From: an uncultured Candidatus Peribacteria bacterium
GTDB lineage: Bacteria; Patescibacteriota; Gracilibacteria; Peribacterales; Peribacteraceae
NCBI GenBank assembly: GCA_964515645.1
Contig: CAZEVM010000001.1
Coordinates: 1-60,071, forward strand
Length of the DNA stretch: 60,071 bases
Direction of reading: 5' to 3'
A program made the position numbers and the translations under genes. How positions within the stretch are numbered: the first letter of the stretch is position 1; every line of letters starts with the position of its first letter. Below the pieces are notes generated by a model. That model searched no databases, was not told the origin of the DNA, and saw only the letters and a list, made by a program, of their open reading frames with translations. Positions 48,938 through 56,916 of this stretch are shown piece after piece.

Positions 48938-50299
48938 ATGTTCTTGGACGAAGCCATCATCGAGGTGAGCGCCGGAGACGGCGGACGGGGGTGTGTCGGC
49001 TGGCGTCGCGAGAAGTTCGAGCCCATGGGTGGCCCGGACGGCGGCGACGGTGGACGGGGTGGAAACGTGTTTTTCATCGCCAATCGCAACGCCGACACGC
49101 TGTCCGATTACGCGTCGCGGAAGAATTTTGAGGCGGCTCGCGGCGACTTCGGCTCCGGCCAGAACCGCGGCGGACGCGACGGCGAGGATCTGTTCCTCCC
49201 GGTCCCGCCCGGCACCATCATCCGCAAGCTCAACGACGACGGCACCAACGAGATCATCGCCGATCTGGAGCGTGACGGCGACCAGGTGTTGGCCGTTCGC
49301 GGCGGCCGCGGCGGCTACGGCAACGCTCACTTCCGCAGTTCCACCCGCCAAGCCCCCGACTTCGCCGAGCTCGGCGAGAAGGGCGAGAGCACCCGCATTC
49401 AACTCGAACTCCGCCTCGTCGCCGACGTGGGCATCATCGGCTTCCCGAACGTGGGCAAGTCGACGCTCATCTCGGTGGTGAGCAACGCCAAGCCGAAGAT
49501 CGCCAACTACCCCTTCACGACCCTGGTCCCCAACCTCGGCGTGGTGAAGGTGGGTGACCGCGCCTTCGTGCTCTGCGACATCCCAGGTCTCATCGAGGGC
49601 GCCAGCGAAGGACGAGGCTTGGGCCATGAGTTCCTCCGCCATGTGGAGCGCTGCGGCTTGTTGCTGCATGTCATCGATGTCAGCCGCGCTCTGCCGCCCG
49701 AGGGTGGCGAGGCCGATCCAGCCCTGCTCGTGGCTGATTACCGCACCATTCGCCAGGAATTGGAGAAGAGTTCGGCCACGCTCGCGGCCAAGAAAGAGCT
49801 CGTGGTGTTGAACAAGATCGACCTCATCCCCGACCAGCTCGACGCCATCCGCAGTGCCTTCAAGAAGGCGAAGATCGCCATCGACGCCGAGATCTCGGCG
49901 GCCACCACGATGGGTACCAAGGACCTCATGGACCGCCTGATGCCGGTGGTGCTCGCCGAGCGCCAGCGCATGCAAGACGAACAGGCGGCCGCGGCCGCTC
50001 CAGTGGTGCCGCGCGGTCCGGTGGTGCTCCGTCCGCACCTCGACGACACGCGCATGGGCGCCTATCGCATCGATGTCCGCGACGGCAACGTGCACGTCAC
50101 CGGCAAGCGCGTGGAGCAGTTCACGCAGATGACCGACTTCCAGAACCGCGGCGCCGTCGATCGCTTCCGCGACGTTATCGACCGCACGGGTCTGCGCCGC
50201 GCCATCAAGCGCGCCCGCCCCACGCCCGACTGCCAGGTGTTCATCGGCCAAATCGCCGTGGAGAAGTACCTGGCCGAGGGCGAGCTGATCTGGGAGTAA
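48938..50299 (+). CDS. obg: GTPase Obg/CgtA
   Basis: ORF 48938..50299. Gly-rich Obg fold GGRGG..., G1 GFPNVGKST, G3 DIPGLIEGA, G4 NKID, C-terminal OCT-like domain. TATACT ends 6 nt before the ATG. Confidence 0.95.
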   Translation: MFLDEAIIEVSAGDGGRGCVGWRREKFEPMGGPDGGDGGRGGNVFFIANRNADTLSDYASRKNFEAARGDFGSGQNRGGRDGEDLFLPVPPGTIIRKLNDDGTNEIIADLERDGDQVLAVRGGRGGYGNAHFRSSTRQAPDFAELGEKGESTRIQLELRLVADVGIIGFPNVGKSTLISVVSNAKPKIANYPFTTLVPNLGVVKVGDRAFVLCDIPGLIEGASEGRGLGHEFLRHVERCGLLLHVIDVSRALPPEGGEADPALLVADYRTIRQELEKSSATLAAKKELVVLNKIDLIPDQLDAIRSAFKKAKIAIDAEISAATTMGTKDLMDRLMPVVLAERQRMQDEQAAAAAPVVPRGPVVLRPHLDDTRMGAYRIDVRDGNVHVTGKRVEQFTQMTDFQNRGAVDRFRDVIDRTGLRRAIKRARPTPDCQVFIGQIAVEKYLAEGELIWE

Positions 50300-50302
50300 G
50301 CG

Positions 50303-50356
50303 CTCTGTAGAGCCAAAATCATTTTGTACGCAAAATGAATGGCTTTCTCTACAGAG
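50303..50356. other. long imperfect inverted repeat just after obg
   Basis: CTCTGTAGAGCCA..TCATTTTG-TACG-CAAAATGA..TGGC..CTCTACAGAG. No T-run follows. Confidence 0.5.
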
Positions 50357-50392
50357 ATCATTAAAATACGCCAAACGTCCTTTTTCAGCATA

Positions 50393-50515
50393 GGCAAGGT
50401 TCTTGAGACAGGCGCGGTGCGCATGGATCCGCTGGTGCGTAGCGCGCTTGTCTCAGAGTGTTTCTGAGCGGCCACGGTAGAACCGTGAACCATTATTCTC
50501 ATATGGAGAACCCCC
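50393..50515 (+). promoter_or_regulatory. conserved structured 5' leader, copy 3
   Basis: GGCAAGGTT, then stem GAGACAGGCGC(50405-50415)/GCGCTTGTCTC(50444-50454) with one G-U pair, an extended GC-rich distal helix, and a GGAG SD before ATG 50516. Confidence 0.45.
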
Positions 50516-51055
50516 ATGCACGACTCCCTCGTTTTCGACCTCTTTGAGACCCTCGGCATCGAACAGACTGCCGCAAAGAAGGGCCGGCGTTGCTCTCAGC
50601 GCACCCCCCTCGTCCTCCCCAAACCCACTGATGGATACATCACGATGGTGGTGCAGCGGCCGGTGACGTTCGAAGATATCCGCGCCTCCAACGTCGGCCG
50701 CGATCACATGAAGTCGCAGGACTGGTACGTCGGTAAGGACTGGTACAAACAGTCTATTCCCTCCGGCAACTGGCTCTTCCGCCTCATGCCCGACTCTCGG
50801 GGAAAGAACACGACGCTCATGCGTCCCCTCCTCCGCGATGGCGAACGCTTCCCCGGTCCGGCGATGAGCCTGGCTGTGACTCTGTTTTTCCGTGCTTCCG
50901 GTCTCGACCCGCTGCGAAACACCTTCCTCACGGTCGACCGCGCCGACGGCAACGGCTACGTGGTCCAAATCGCCGACAAGGCTCGCCTGGAAATCATCAC
51001 CCACCGCGACCTCGACGATCAGCTCTCCATTTCGGCCGCCGCTTTACGCGTCTAA
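50516..51055 (+). CDS. hypothetical protein, paralog family member 3 (179 aa)
   Basis: ORF 50516..51055. Colinear blocks shared with 18717..19280 and 19767..20468(c). Confidence 0.7.
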   Translation: MHDSLVFDLFETLGIEQTAAKKGRRCSQRTPLVLPKPTDGYITMVVQRPVTFEDIRASNVGRDHMKSQDWYVGKDWYKQSIPSGNWLFRLMPDSRGKNTTLMRPLLRDGERFPGPAMSLAVTLFFRASGLDPLRNTFLTVDRADGNGYVVQIADKARLEIITHRDLDDQLSISAAALRV

Positions 51056-51080
51056 CACTCCCCTTGCCTTCACACACCCT

Positions 51081-51113
51081 GAACCTCGCCATTCGTGGCG
51101 GGGTTCTTTTTTT
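51081..51113 (+). terminator. intrinsic terminator
   Basis: GAACCTCGCC-ATTCGT-GGCGGGGTTC followed by T7. Confidence 0.8.
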
Positions 51114-51129
51114 ACGTTTGGAGATGTTG

Positions 51130-51163
51130 TGGTGGCCCCTGACAGGCTCAAATCGAACCAAAT
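51130..51163 (-). repeat. degenerate copy of the tRNA-Phe 3' end (remnant C, distal island junction)
   Basis: tggtggcccctgacaggctcaaatcgaaccaaat versus tRNA-Phe tggtggcccagatcgggatcgaaccgatg (56993-57021) and remnant A (54346-54378). Confidence 0.55.
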
Positions 51164-51239
51164 TATTGCAGAATGTATAAAGATGTATGAGGCCCTGAAG
51201 GCTCTCCAAGAGATCGAGAGTGTATTCCCACGACGATGA
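51132..51239 (+). CDS. small junction ORF (35 aa) starting inside tRNA remnant C
   Basis: GTG 51132. VAPDRLKSNQIIAECIKMYEALKALQEIESVFPRR aligns with the N-terminus of ORF 54348..54539, with mostly third-position and conservative differences. Confidence 0.35.
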   Translation: MAPDRLKSNQIIAECIKMYEALKALQEIESVFPRR

Positions 51240-51243
51240 AGTA

Positions 51244-51290
51244 TTGACTAAATTTGTAATAATGCTTATATATTAATGAGCACTGTGCTC
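51244..51290 (+). promoter_or_regulatory. sigma70-type promoter plus 13-bp palindrome
   Basis: TTGACT-17 nt-TATATA (51244-51272), followed by GAGCAC-T-GTGCTC (51278-51290). Confidence 0.5.
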
Positions 51291-51333
51291 TCTCACAACA
51301 ACTCGCGACGTCCTCAATAAGAAGGAGTATCTC

Positions 51334-51651
51334 ATGGAGCAATCTCCCGTCAGCCTACCGTCAGTTATTACTGATACACAGAAGCTCGCTACGCTAGAAG
51401 AACAGCCTCCATGCTTCAGTGTCGGACCTACTCCTACAGGCCGTGGAGAAACCGTCCTGACGTGCGTCTGGGCAACGGACAAAGTCGATTACGCGGGCAG
51501 GAAGGTTTATGCAGTCGCGAGCTATTCCATTCACACGAACGAGGAGGGACAGACGACAAAATCACACGTCTTCAAATTGCCTCAGCTGCCCATTGTTATG
51601 TACGGACTCCAAAAAGCCTTCGATCACCTGATGCAGCTTCGAGGAGAATGA
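51334..51651 (+). CDS. hypothetical protein (105 aa)
   Basis: ORF 51334..51651. AAGGAG SD, own promoter and terminator. No recognisable motif. Confidence 0.65.
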   Translation: MEQSPVSLPSVITDTQKLATLEEQPPCFSVGPTPTGRGETVLTCVWATDKVDYAGRKVYAVASYSIHTNEEGQTTKSHVFKLPQLPIVMYGLQKAFDHLMQLRGE

Positions 51652-51684
51652 CCAAGAGATTCCCTGCTCTGCTTCTGCAGACGA

Positions 51685-51713
51685 AAACCCCATCCTAGCC
51701 GATGGGGTTTTTC
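51685..51713 (+). terminator. intrinsic terminator
   Basis: AAACCCCATC-CTAGCC-GATGGGGTTT followed by TT. Confidence 0.8.
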
Positions 51714-51807
51714 ATTTTCAGAATGAGAAGCGCGCAGCGCTACGGAAGGCTATAAAACGCGAGGCGGTCTCCTTCCCCCAAGGCCGAGAGCGCGAGATAA
51801 CACCGGC

Positions 51808-51987
51808 ATGATCGATCTGCAGAAGTTCAGGGAGATACTGAAGAGGCCGGACCTCAGTGATGAGGAGGCGACCCGGATCCGTGATCTCTACTACAAGCTG
51901 GCGGACCTAGGGATAGAGGGTCACCGGTACGCGAAGTGGCTGAAGGCGGGAGGGAAAGGGTCGAAGCCGGATTTGAAGTGGTTTTAG
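51808..51987 (+). CDS. possible small ORF (59 aa, below ORF-track cutoff)
   Basis: Own translation: MIDLQKFREILKRPDLSDEEATRIRDLYYKLADLGIEGHRYAKWLKAGGKGSKPDLKWF. No SD seen. Confidence 0.3.
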   Translation: MIDLQKFREILKRPDLSDEEATRIRDLYYKLADLGIEGHRYAKWLKAGGKGSKPDLKWF

Positions 51988-52022
51988 TATTAATCAGGAA
52001 GCAATCTGTTTAAATTGATAGT

Positions 52023-52595
52023 ATGCCTAGACCACCAGGTGTAAGAGTAAAGGGTTATCTTAGAGAATTAAATATGTGCAGAAGGTTGTGGCAATCCTGG
52101 AATGATTATTTACCAAATGAAATTGACCCTAAACCGAGTAATCCAGCCATTAAATATAAAGTATTATTAGAAGAGATTAGATTTTCATTACTTTTTCGGA
52201 TTGTTGTGCGTTTATATGCCTTAATGGAGCCAGACGAGAATAAATTCACCTTTGGTTATTGGCTTAATACTCTAAATCAAACTCCAAAAGTTAAGGAGAC
52301 TCTAAAAAAATATAAGTTACTTTTAAAATCGGAAGATTTTAAAAAGGTACTTAAAAATCGGCACAACTCCTATGCTCATAACTCAATCAAGGACAAGCAT
52401 TTCGGTCAAACATATAAATCAATGTTTAAGCTAAATGAAGTAATTGAAGAGTTGTACGATCAAATCGTATCGGATGGGCAGGCTGAGGCCATTCCCTGGA
52501 GTGGTGCTGCAGACACACACGTTTGGCATCCCTCAAATTGCCCTGGGGGATTTGAAGAAAATGTGCGTGAGTTCTTTATAAAATTTAACAGCTAA
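52023..52595 (+). CDS. HEPN/Abi-like protein (tentative)
   Basis: ORF 52023..52595. Markedly AT-rich. Helical, with an R-x5-H motif NRHNSYAH reminiscent of Abi-type HEPN (R-x-x-x-x-A-H). Confidence 0.6.
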   Translation: MPRPPGVRVKGYLRELNMCRRLWQSWNDYLPNEIDPKPSNPAIKYKVLLEEIRFSLLFRIVVRLYALMEPDENKFTFGYWLNTLNQTPKVKETLKKYKLLLKSEDFKKVLKNRHNSYAHNSIKDKHFGQTYKSMFKLNEVIEELYDQIVSDGQAEAIPWSGAADTHVWHPSNCPGGFEENVREFFIKFNS

Positions 52596-52628
52596 GATTA
52601 GAGAAGACGCTTCACACCAGCAGCTTAA

Positions 52629-54218
52629 TTAAACAGGCCGCTTCCATCCCCATACAGAATCCCATGTATACCCACTACCCAGTCTTTCAAATTTGGCAGA
52701 CCAATTCAGCCATTCGTTAGCCTTCTTTGTAAATTCCTCAAAATCAGTCATCTCGAAAACTGTTAGCAATAGCTTTCTGTAATCATCATACCATTCCGCA
52801 TTTTGCATTAATGGGATAACTCGTTCTTCATAAAATCGCCCATAATTCGGATATACCCAATGAGGGGCTCCGGGTTTGCCTTCGTCTAATTCCTGCTTCA
52901 TTTTCATGCAAAACAGCATGTTTACCTGGCAGCTTAAGTTTAAGAATTCTTCGTCGTTCAAATTACCCATTATTTCTTTCACAAGAAGATCTTTCTCGTA
53001 ACTCTTCCGCAATCTGTTAAACATGGAATCTGCGCCATGCAAAACATCCGGTGCAAAGAATGCGGCTGTTGACCAAATTCGTGTGGGCCTACGCTGATTG
53101 CCGTCACGCAGTTCTGTTCTGTAATTAATCAAGAAAGACAGTATGTCTCCTTTTTTTTCCTTAAGGGCGAAGATGCAAAAATAGTAGTAGGGGTTGTGCA
53201 GTATTGCTCTCGGAATAGATTTCCACGGAACCATTCGCGATGACGGCGCATGCATCCATAGCGCAGCAACATCTGCGAACTTATCAAGAACCATTTTTAA
53301 GCCATCCTTCCTGTCATATCTCACTGCATACAAACCAATCATAGTCAGGTTCAACATCTCACGCTGCATTTGCTCCACAGCTTCTCCTGCGTTGCTAGCC
53401 TCAGGGCTTTCAGCGGCTATCTTGGTTTCCCAGGTTTGTTTTAGATGAGAGATCTCTCGTTCAACCATGTCTTCCAAATTAAAACGATCGGTATCCGAGA
53501 AACTTCGGAGTTTTGAGACGATCTCTTCCCGAGTTACTGGCGGACGAACCACTCCAGTATGCTTTAGCACTTCAACTGAGCGCGCAGTGTCTTGAGACAG
53601 CTGCTCGGCCGCAGCATCAACATCTTTGCCGTGGCTCTTTTCCTTCACAAGCTCCCAGAACGTTTCCGTGGCGCCGAGCATTTGGGACATTCCCAGCATG
53701 AGGGTTTGTGAGTCGCCCTCAGGCTTCTTTTTGTAATTGTATTTGTGGGACTGTACTGACCAGAGGTGTTCCGTCACGGTACGAATCTGAATCTCACACA
53801 TGTATTCGGCCCCTACGTCTGTGCTGCTCACGACGATGTGGTGCCCCGTGTAGCCGTCCATCGTATCCTCGGGTGTGCTCTCCACGATGCGATAGCTGCC
53901 CTCCAAAAATGGAAGGAGGAGCTCGATCGCGCGTTGGCGGTCAGATCTGCAGTGACAGATCACACGGACCCCGGCAATGTCTTTGATGTCCCTAATGTCG
54001 GAAGTGGCAACGTTCGCAACCTTGGCGTAAACGGACGGGAAGTCCTTAATTTGCGGACGCATCGCGACCAAATCCATACGGGCACTCACCCCGTCGATGT
54101 CGACGGAAAGACGATGCTCCTCTAGATGGGAGCGAATATCGGCCTCGACCTTGCTCTGCAGGGCCCGATAGGACTCTGCGTATTGATCGTATTGCCGTCG
54201 CGCGTCGGCCTCTGTCAT
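52629..54218 (-). CDS. RelA/SpoT-like nucleotidyltransferase (small-alarmone-synthetase/toxSAS-like) fused to ~340-aa unknown C-terminal domain
   Basis: ORF 52629..54218. RPQIKDFPSVYAKV, DIAGVRVICH, DGYTGHHIVV and EIQIRTVTEHLW are the RelA_SpoT synthetase core motifs within the first ~190 aa. Confidence 0.8.
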   Translation of the reverse strand: MTEADARRQYDQYAESYRALQSKVEADIRSHLEEHRLSVDIDGVSARMDLVAMRPQIKDFPSVYAKVANVATSDIRDIKDIAGVRVICHCRSDRQRAIELLLPFLEGSYRIVESTPEDTMDGYTGHHIVVSSTDVGAEYMCEIQIRTVTEHLWSVQSHKYNYKKKPEGDSQTLMLGMSQMLGATETFWELVKEKSHGKDVDAAAEQLSQDTARSVEVLKHTGVVRPPVTREEIVSKLRSFSDTDRFNLEDMVEREISHLKQTWETKIAAESPEASNAGEAVEQMQREMLNLTMIGLYAVRYDRKDGLKMVLDKFADVAALWMHAPSSRMVPWKSIPRAILHNPYYYFCIFALKEKKGDILSFLINYRTELRDGNQRRPTRIWSTAAFFAPDVLHGADSMFNRLRKSYEKDLLVKEIMGNLNDEEFLNLSCQVNMLFCMKMKQELDEGKPGAPHWVYPNYGRFYEERVIPLMQNAEWYDDYRKLLLTVFEMTDFEEFTKKANEWLNWSAKFERLGSGYTWDSVWGWKRPV

Positions 54219-54270
54219 CTGAAGAAGAAGCTACACCACTAATAAGGATGCTGTCACCCCTCCAACGGGA

Positions 54271-54378
54271 AGGTCTCTTCCTAGATCCCCTCTTGCGTCC
54301 GCAGTAGGGTGAAAACGTACCATGTGGGATTCGTTTGTTTTTAGCTGGTGGCCCCAGTCGGGACCAATACGAACCAAT
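54271..54378 (-). repeat. copy of the 75-nt tRNA-Phe-proximal arm plus degenerate tRNA-Phe 3' end (remnant A)
   Basis: 54271-54345 aligns with 56917-56992 (about four fifths identical by eye). 54346-54378 tggtggccccagtcgggaccaatacgaaccaat aligns with the tRNA-Phe 3' end. Confidence 0.65.
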
Positions 54379-54539
54379 TATTATCTGCCTTTGTCAAAAT
54401 GCACAACGACCTTCGTGCGATTGAAGAGATCGTCGGCGTCTGGATCGGTCCAGACGGTCGGCTCATGATTACGGAAATCCACACCTACGGAGGTGACGGG
54501 CCCGAGGGTCGCCGAGATGCCGATAATGGCAAGGCGTGA
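54348..54539 (+). CDS. small junction ORF (63 aa) starting inside tRNA remnant A
   Basis: ORF 54348..54539 (GTG). N-terminus VAPVGTNTNQLLSAFVKMHNDLRAIEEIVGV is homologous to the 51132 ORF. It competes with antisense ORF 54381..54569. Confidence 0.4.
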   Translation: MAPVGTNTNQLLSAFVKMHNDLRAIEEIVGVWIGPDGRLMITEIHTYGGDGPEGRRDADNGKA

Positions 54540-54611
54540 CGCATAGCCCGACTCTACGGGCAAATGCAAGCGTGTCGTGGCATGAGCGTGCCAGGTGGAA
54601 AGTGTTGACGT

Positions 54612-56828
54612 TTATTTACTAGTCATTCCAGCCTGAACCTTTGAAAAAATAGATTGGCAGCGTGCTTGCCATTCAGTATTCCATTTTGTTCTGACTGGAT
54701 TTATAAGTTCTCTAAGATGATTCTTCTGTTTATCGTCAATTTTGCTAAATACCTCTGGACACTCGTCAAAGATTTCATCTAATGACTGAAGTACTTTTTC
54801 TCCTTGCTCAGAGTTTTTCACCCTGTCCATCTCTTGGAGCAATTTCACATAAACGTTGTAGATAAGATTTTGAAATTTACGGTCGTATAAATATTCTTTT
54901 AGCAGCAATAAAGCTGGTACAAATTCTTTGTGATTATCAACAGAAATGTGCCCAATAAATCTACTCAGTGCATCATCGTTTAGGAAAGTAGCTTGCTTTT
55001 CTTTATCTGAAAGAAGAGATATTATTTTTGGTTTGCAAACGAAGTGTTGCTGAATTGCCTTAGCAATTTCTGTTTTTTGATTAGCTGAAAATAGTTGAGG
55101 ATGAGACACAATGTTACTAAAAACACTCACAGCATGGACTTCGTTTCCCACTGTCTCTTGCCCAATTGTCGCCAAGGTATAGCGCTCTGCGAGTTTCTGC
55201 CTTAGGTGAGTATCTAATAGTCGATTATTTAAGACTCTGAAAATTAGCGTTTGGTCCAGAAGCTTGTAATTATCCCAAAGATACTCATCTAATGCATAAG
55301 CAATTGAGTTGTAAAAGTCCTTCTTGCTCGGCTCGAATTCCAATCTATTGAATGAGCCTAATAAAGTTTGAATTAGAGTCGTACAATTCTTCCTTTGAGT
55401 TTTATAAGCCTCAATCAAAGCTGTTGCATATTCAACAACAGCTTCTTTTTTCTTTTCTTTTTTCACTAATTCAATGGATGTCTCTAATTCACCTGTAATT
55501 AATGCAGTACGTAGTTCGTTTTCATGTTTTAAGCCCTTAGCCAGAATAGGCTTTTTAAAGTAAAGATATGTTTCGGCATCTGCCGTTGTAATACGACTTG
55601 TAAGTAACATGAACCTTTTAAAATCTTTTGAGCTTTTTATGGTCTCGATACTTTCGGGGGCGAACCAGTTTTCTTTTAACTCAGCATACTCTTTAGGGAA
55701 TTTATCTCTGAGTACCAGGATCTTTGCCAAGTAGGCGGGATTGTCCTTTATTATTGCAGCAACCTCGGTGTTCAGAGCTATAACAAGCGATGCAATAAAA
55801 TTATTAATGAATTGTTTTATCTCTCTTGGGTTATCAACAAAAGAGCTTTTGATAACTAAAATGACATCTTCATTATTAATTAACTTGTTAATTTCCCCAG
55901 TTTTTTCCAAAAGACTTTCAATGTATTTGTCCAAGTCGGTGTTGATAAATTCAGGTGACCAAATAGCTAGATTAAAAATCTTCCTCAAATACTCGGACGG
56001 GTTCATTGTGTCTATCAGGGTTTGCCTAAGCATTTCGTAGTGGCAAGGAACGAGGAAAATTATTTTTTTGTCTTCCATTCCATCTGTGTTGATTTCTAGA
56101 AAAGTTTTTAAAGTCGAAAGCATCTCGATCGCTACTTCACGCTCAACTCGGTCTAGGTTATCGACCACAATTATTACCTTACTCTCTCCCGAGTCGTTAA
56201 TTATTTTTGAAAAACATTCTTCGAAGAGTTCTGGTGAATCAATTTTATTCTTTGTGCCGTTAATCGCTGTGATAGATATAAAGTTTTTTGCATCGTCAGG
56301 GAGCAGTAGCTCCCTCGCAACGAAGCCAATTGCTGCTAAGAGAAATAATATTATTGATGCCGTGGTCCATTCGGGCATAAAAGTCCGAACAGCCATCCAT
56401 AACAACAATGTAATTGGGAGAAACAATTGTAACTTTAAAACACTCCACCGAATTTGAGGGCGCTCACCAATTTGTTCTGTGGTGTCGTAGTAAAATTGCT
56501 GTATTAGTTTATTAAGATAGCCCTTTCCAAGGTTTAAGTCTTTCGCTATCTGCATTAGAAGTTGCCTCTGTAATGAATCTTTCTGATACTTCCAGCAATC
56601 AAATTCAACCATCTTTGCGTTTGATATTCCCTCGTCCTTTAGCGCCTTTATGATTGTACTTTTCCCCGTTCCCCATGCGCCAAATAGGCCAATGGTATGA
56701 ACGCAACTTTCATTCTCCAAAATTGATTTAATCGAAGGAGCAATATGTTTGTGATAGAAGTCAAAATACCCATCGTCTGTGGAACGAATAGGAGCGTCTC
56801 TTAGAAATTTAAAGTCGGGCGGCGACAT
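54612..56828 (-). CDS. KAP-family P-loop NTPase with two inserted TM helices
   Basis: ORF 54612..56828. Walker A GAWGTGKST, TM pair LQLFLPITLLLWMAV / IILFLLAAIGFVA, Walker B IIVVDNLDR. AT-rich. Confidence 0.85.
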   Translation of the reverse strand: MSPPDFKFLRDAPIRSTDDGYFDFYHKHIAPSIKSILENESCVHTIGLFGAWGTGKSTIIKALKDEGISNAKMVEFDCWKYQKDSLQRQLLMQIAKDLNLGKGYLNKLIQQFYYDTTEQIGERPQIRWSVLKLQLFLPITLLLWMAVRTFMPEWTTASIILFLLAAIGFVARELLLPDDAKNFISITAINGTKNKIDSPELFEECFSKIINDSGESKVIIVVDNLDRVEREVAIEMLSTLKTFLEINTDGMEDKKIIFLVPCHYEMLRQTLIDTMNPSEYLRKIFNLAIWSPEFINTDLDKYIESLLEKTGEINKLINNEDVILVIKSSFVDNPREIKQFINNFIASLVIALNTEVAAIIKDNPAYLAKILVLRDKFPKEYAELKENWFAPESIETIKSSKDFKRFMLLTSRITTADAETYLYFKKPILAKGLKHENELRTALITGELETSIELVKKEKKKEAVVEYATALIEAYKTQRKNCTTLIQTLLGSFNRLEFEPSKKDFYNSIAYALDEYLWDNYKLLDQTLIFRVLNNRLLDTHLRQKLAERYTLATIGQETVGNEVHAVSVFSNIVSHPQLFSANQKTEIAKAIQQHFVCKPKIISLLSDKEKQATFLNDDALSRFIGHISVDNHKEFVPALLLLKEYLYDRKFQNLIYNVYVKLLQEMDRVKNSEQGEKVLQSLDEIFDECPEVFSKIDDKQKNHLRELINPVRTKWNTEWQARCQSIFSKVQAGMTSK

Positions 56829-56916
56829 GACAAGAAAAGTTTATACCTCTTCTCTGAAATTCAAAAAACTGCCGCCAATTAGAAGTCCTTCGATAAACTA
56901 ACCCTGCCCACTGGCC

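Larger units (their letters stand above)
51130..54345. mobile_element. tRNA-Phe-linked islet 2 (integrase-less): small ORFs, HEPN-like gene, RelA/SpoT-like gene
   Basis: Bounded by tRNA-Phe 3' remnant C (51130) and by arm copy plus remnant A (54271-54378). Composition differs from the flanks. Confidence 0.5.

Noticed and set aside
54381-54569. 62-aa minus-strand ORF between remnant A and the KAP gene.
   Set aside because: It has GC-rich third positions, so it is not excluded. However, the overlapping plus-strand ORF 54348..54539 has a homologue at the equivalent junction (51132..51239) with a coding-type substitution pattern. The minus-strand ORF has no counterpart there.
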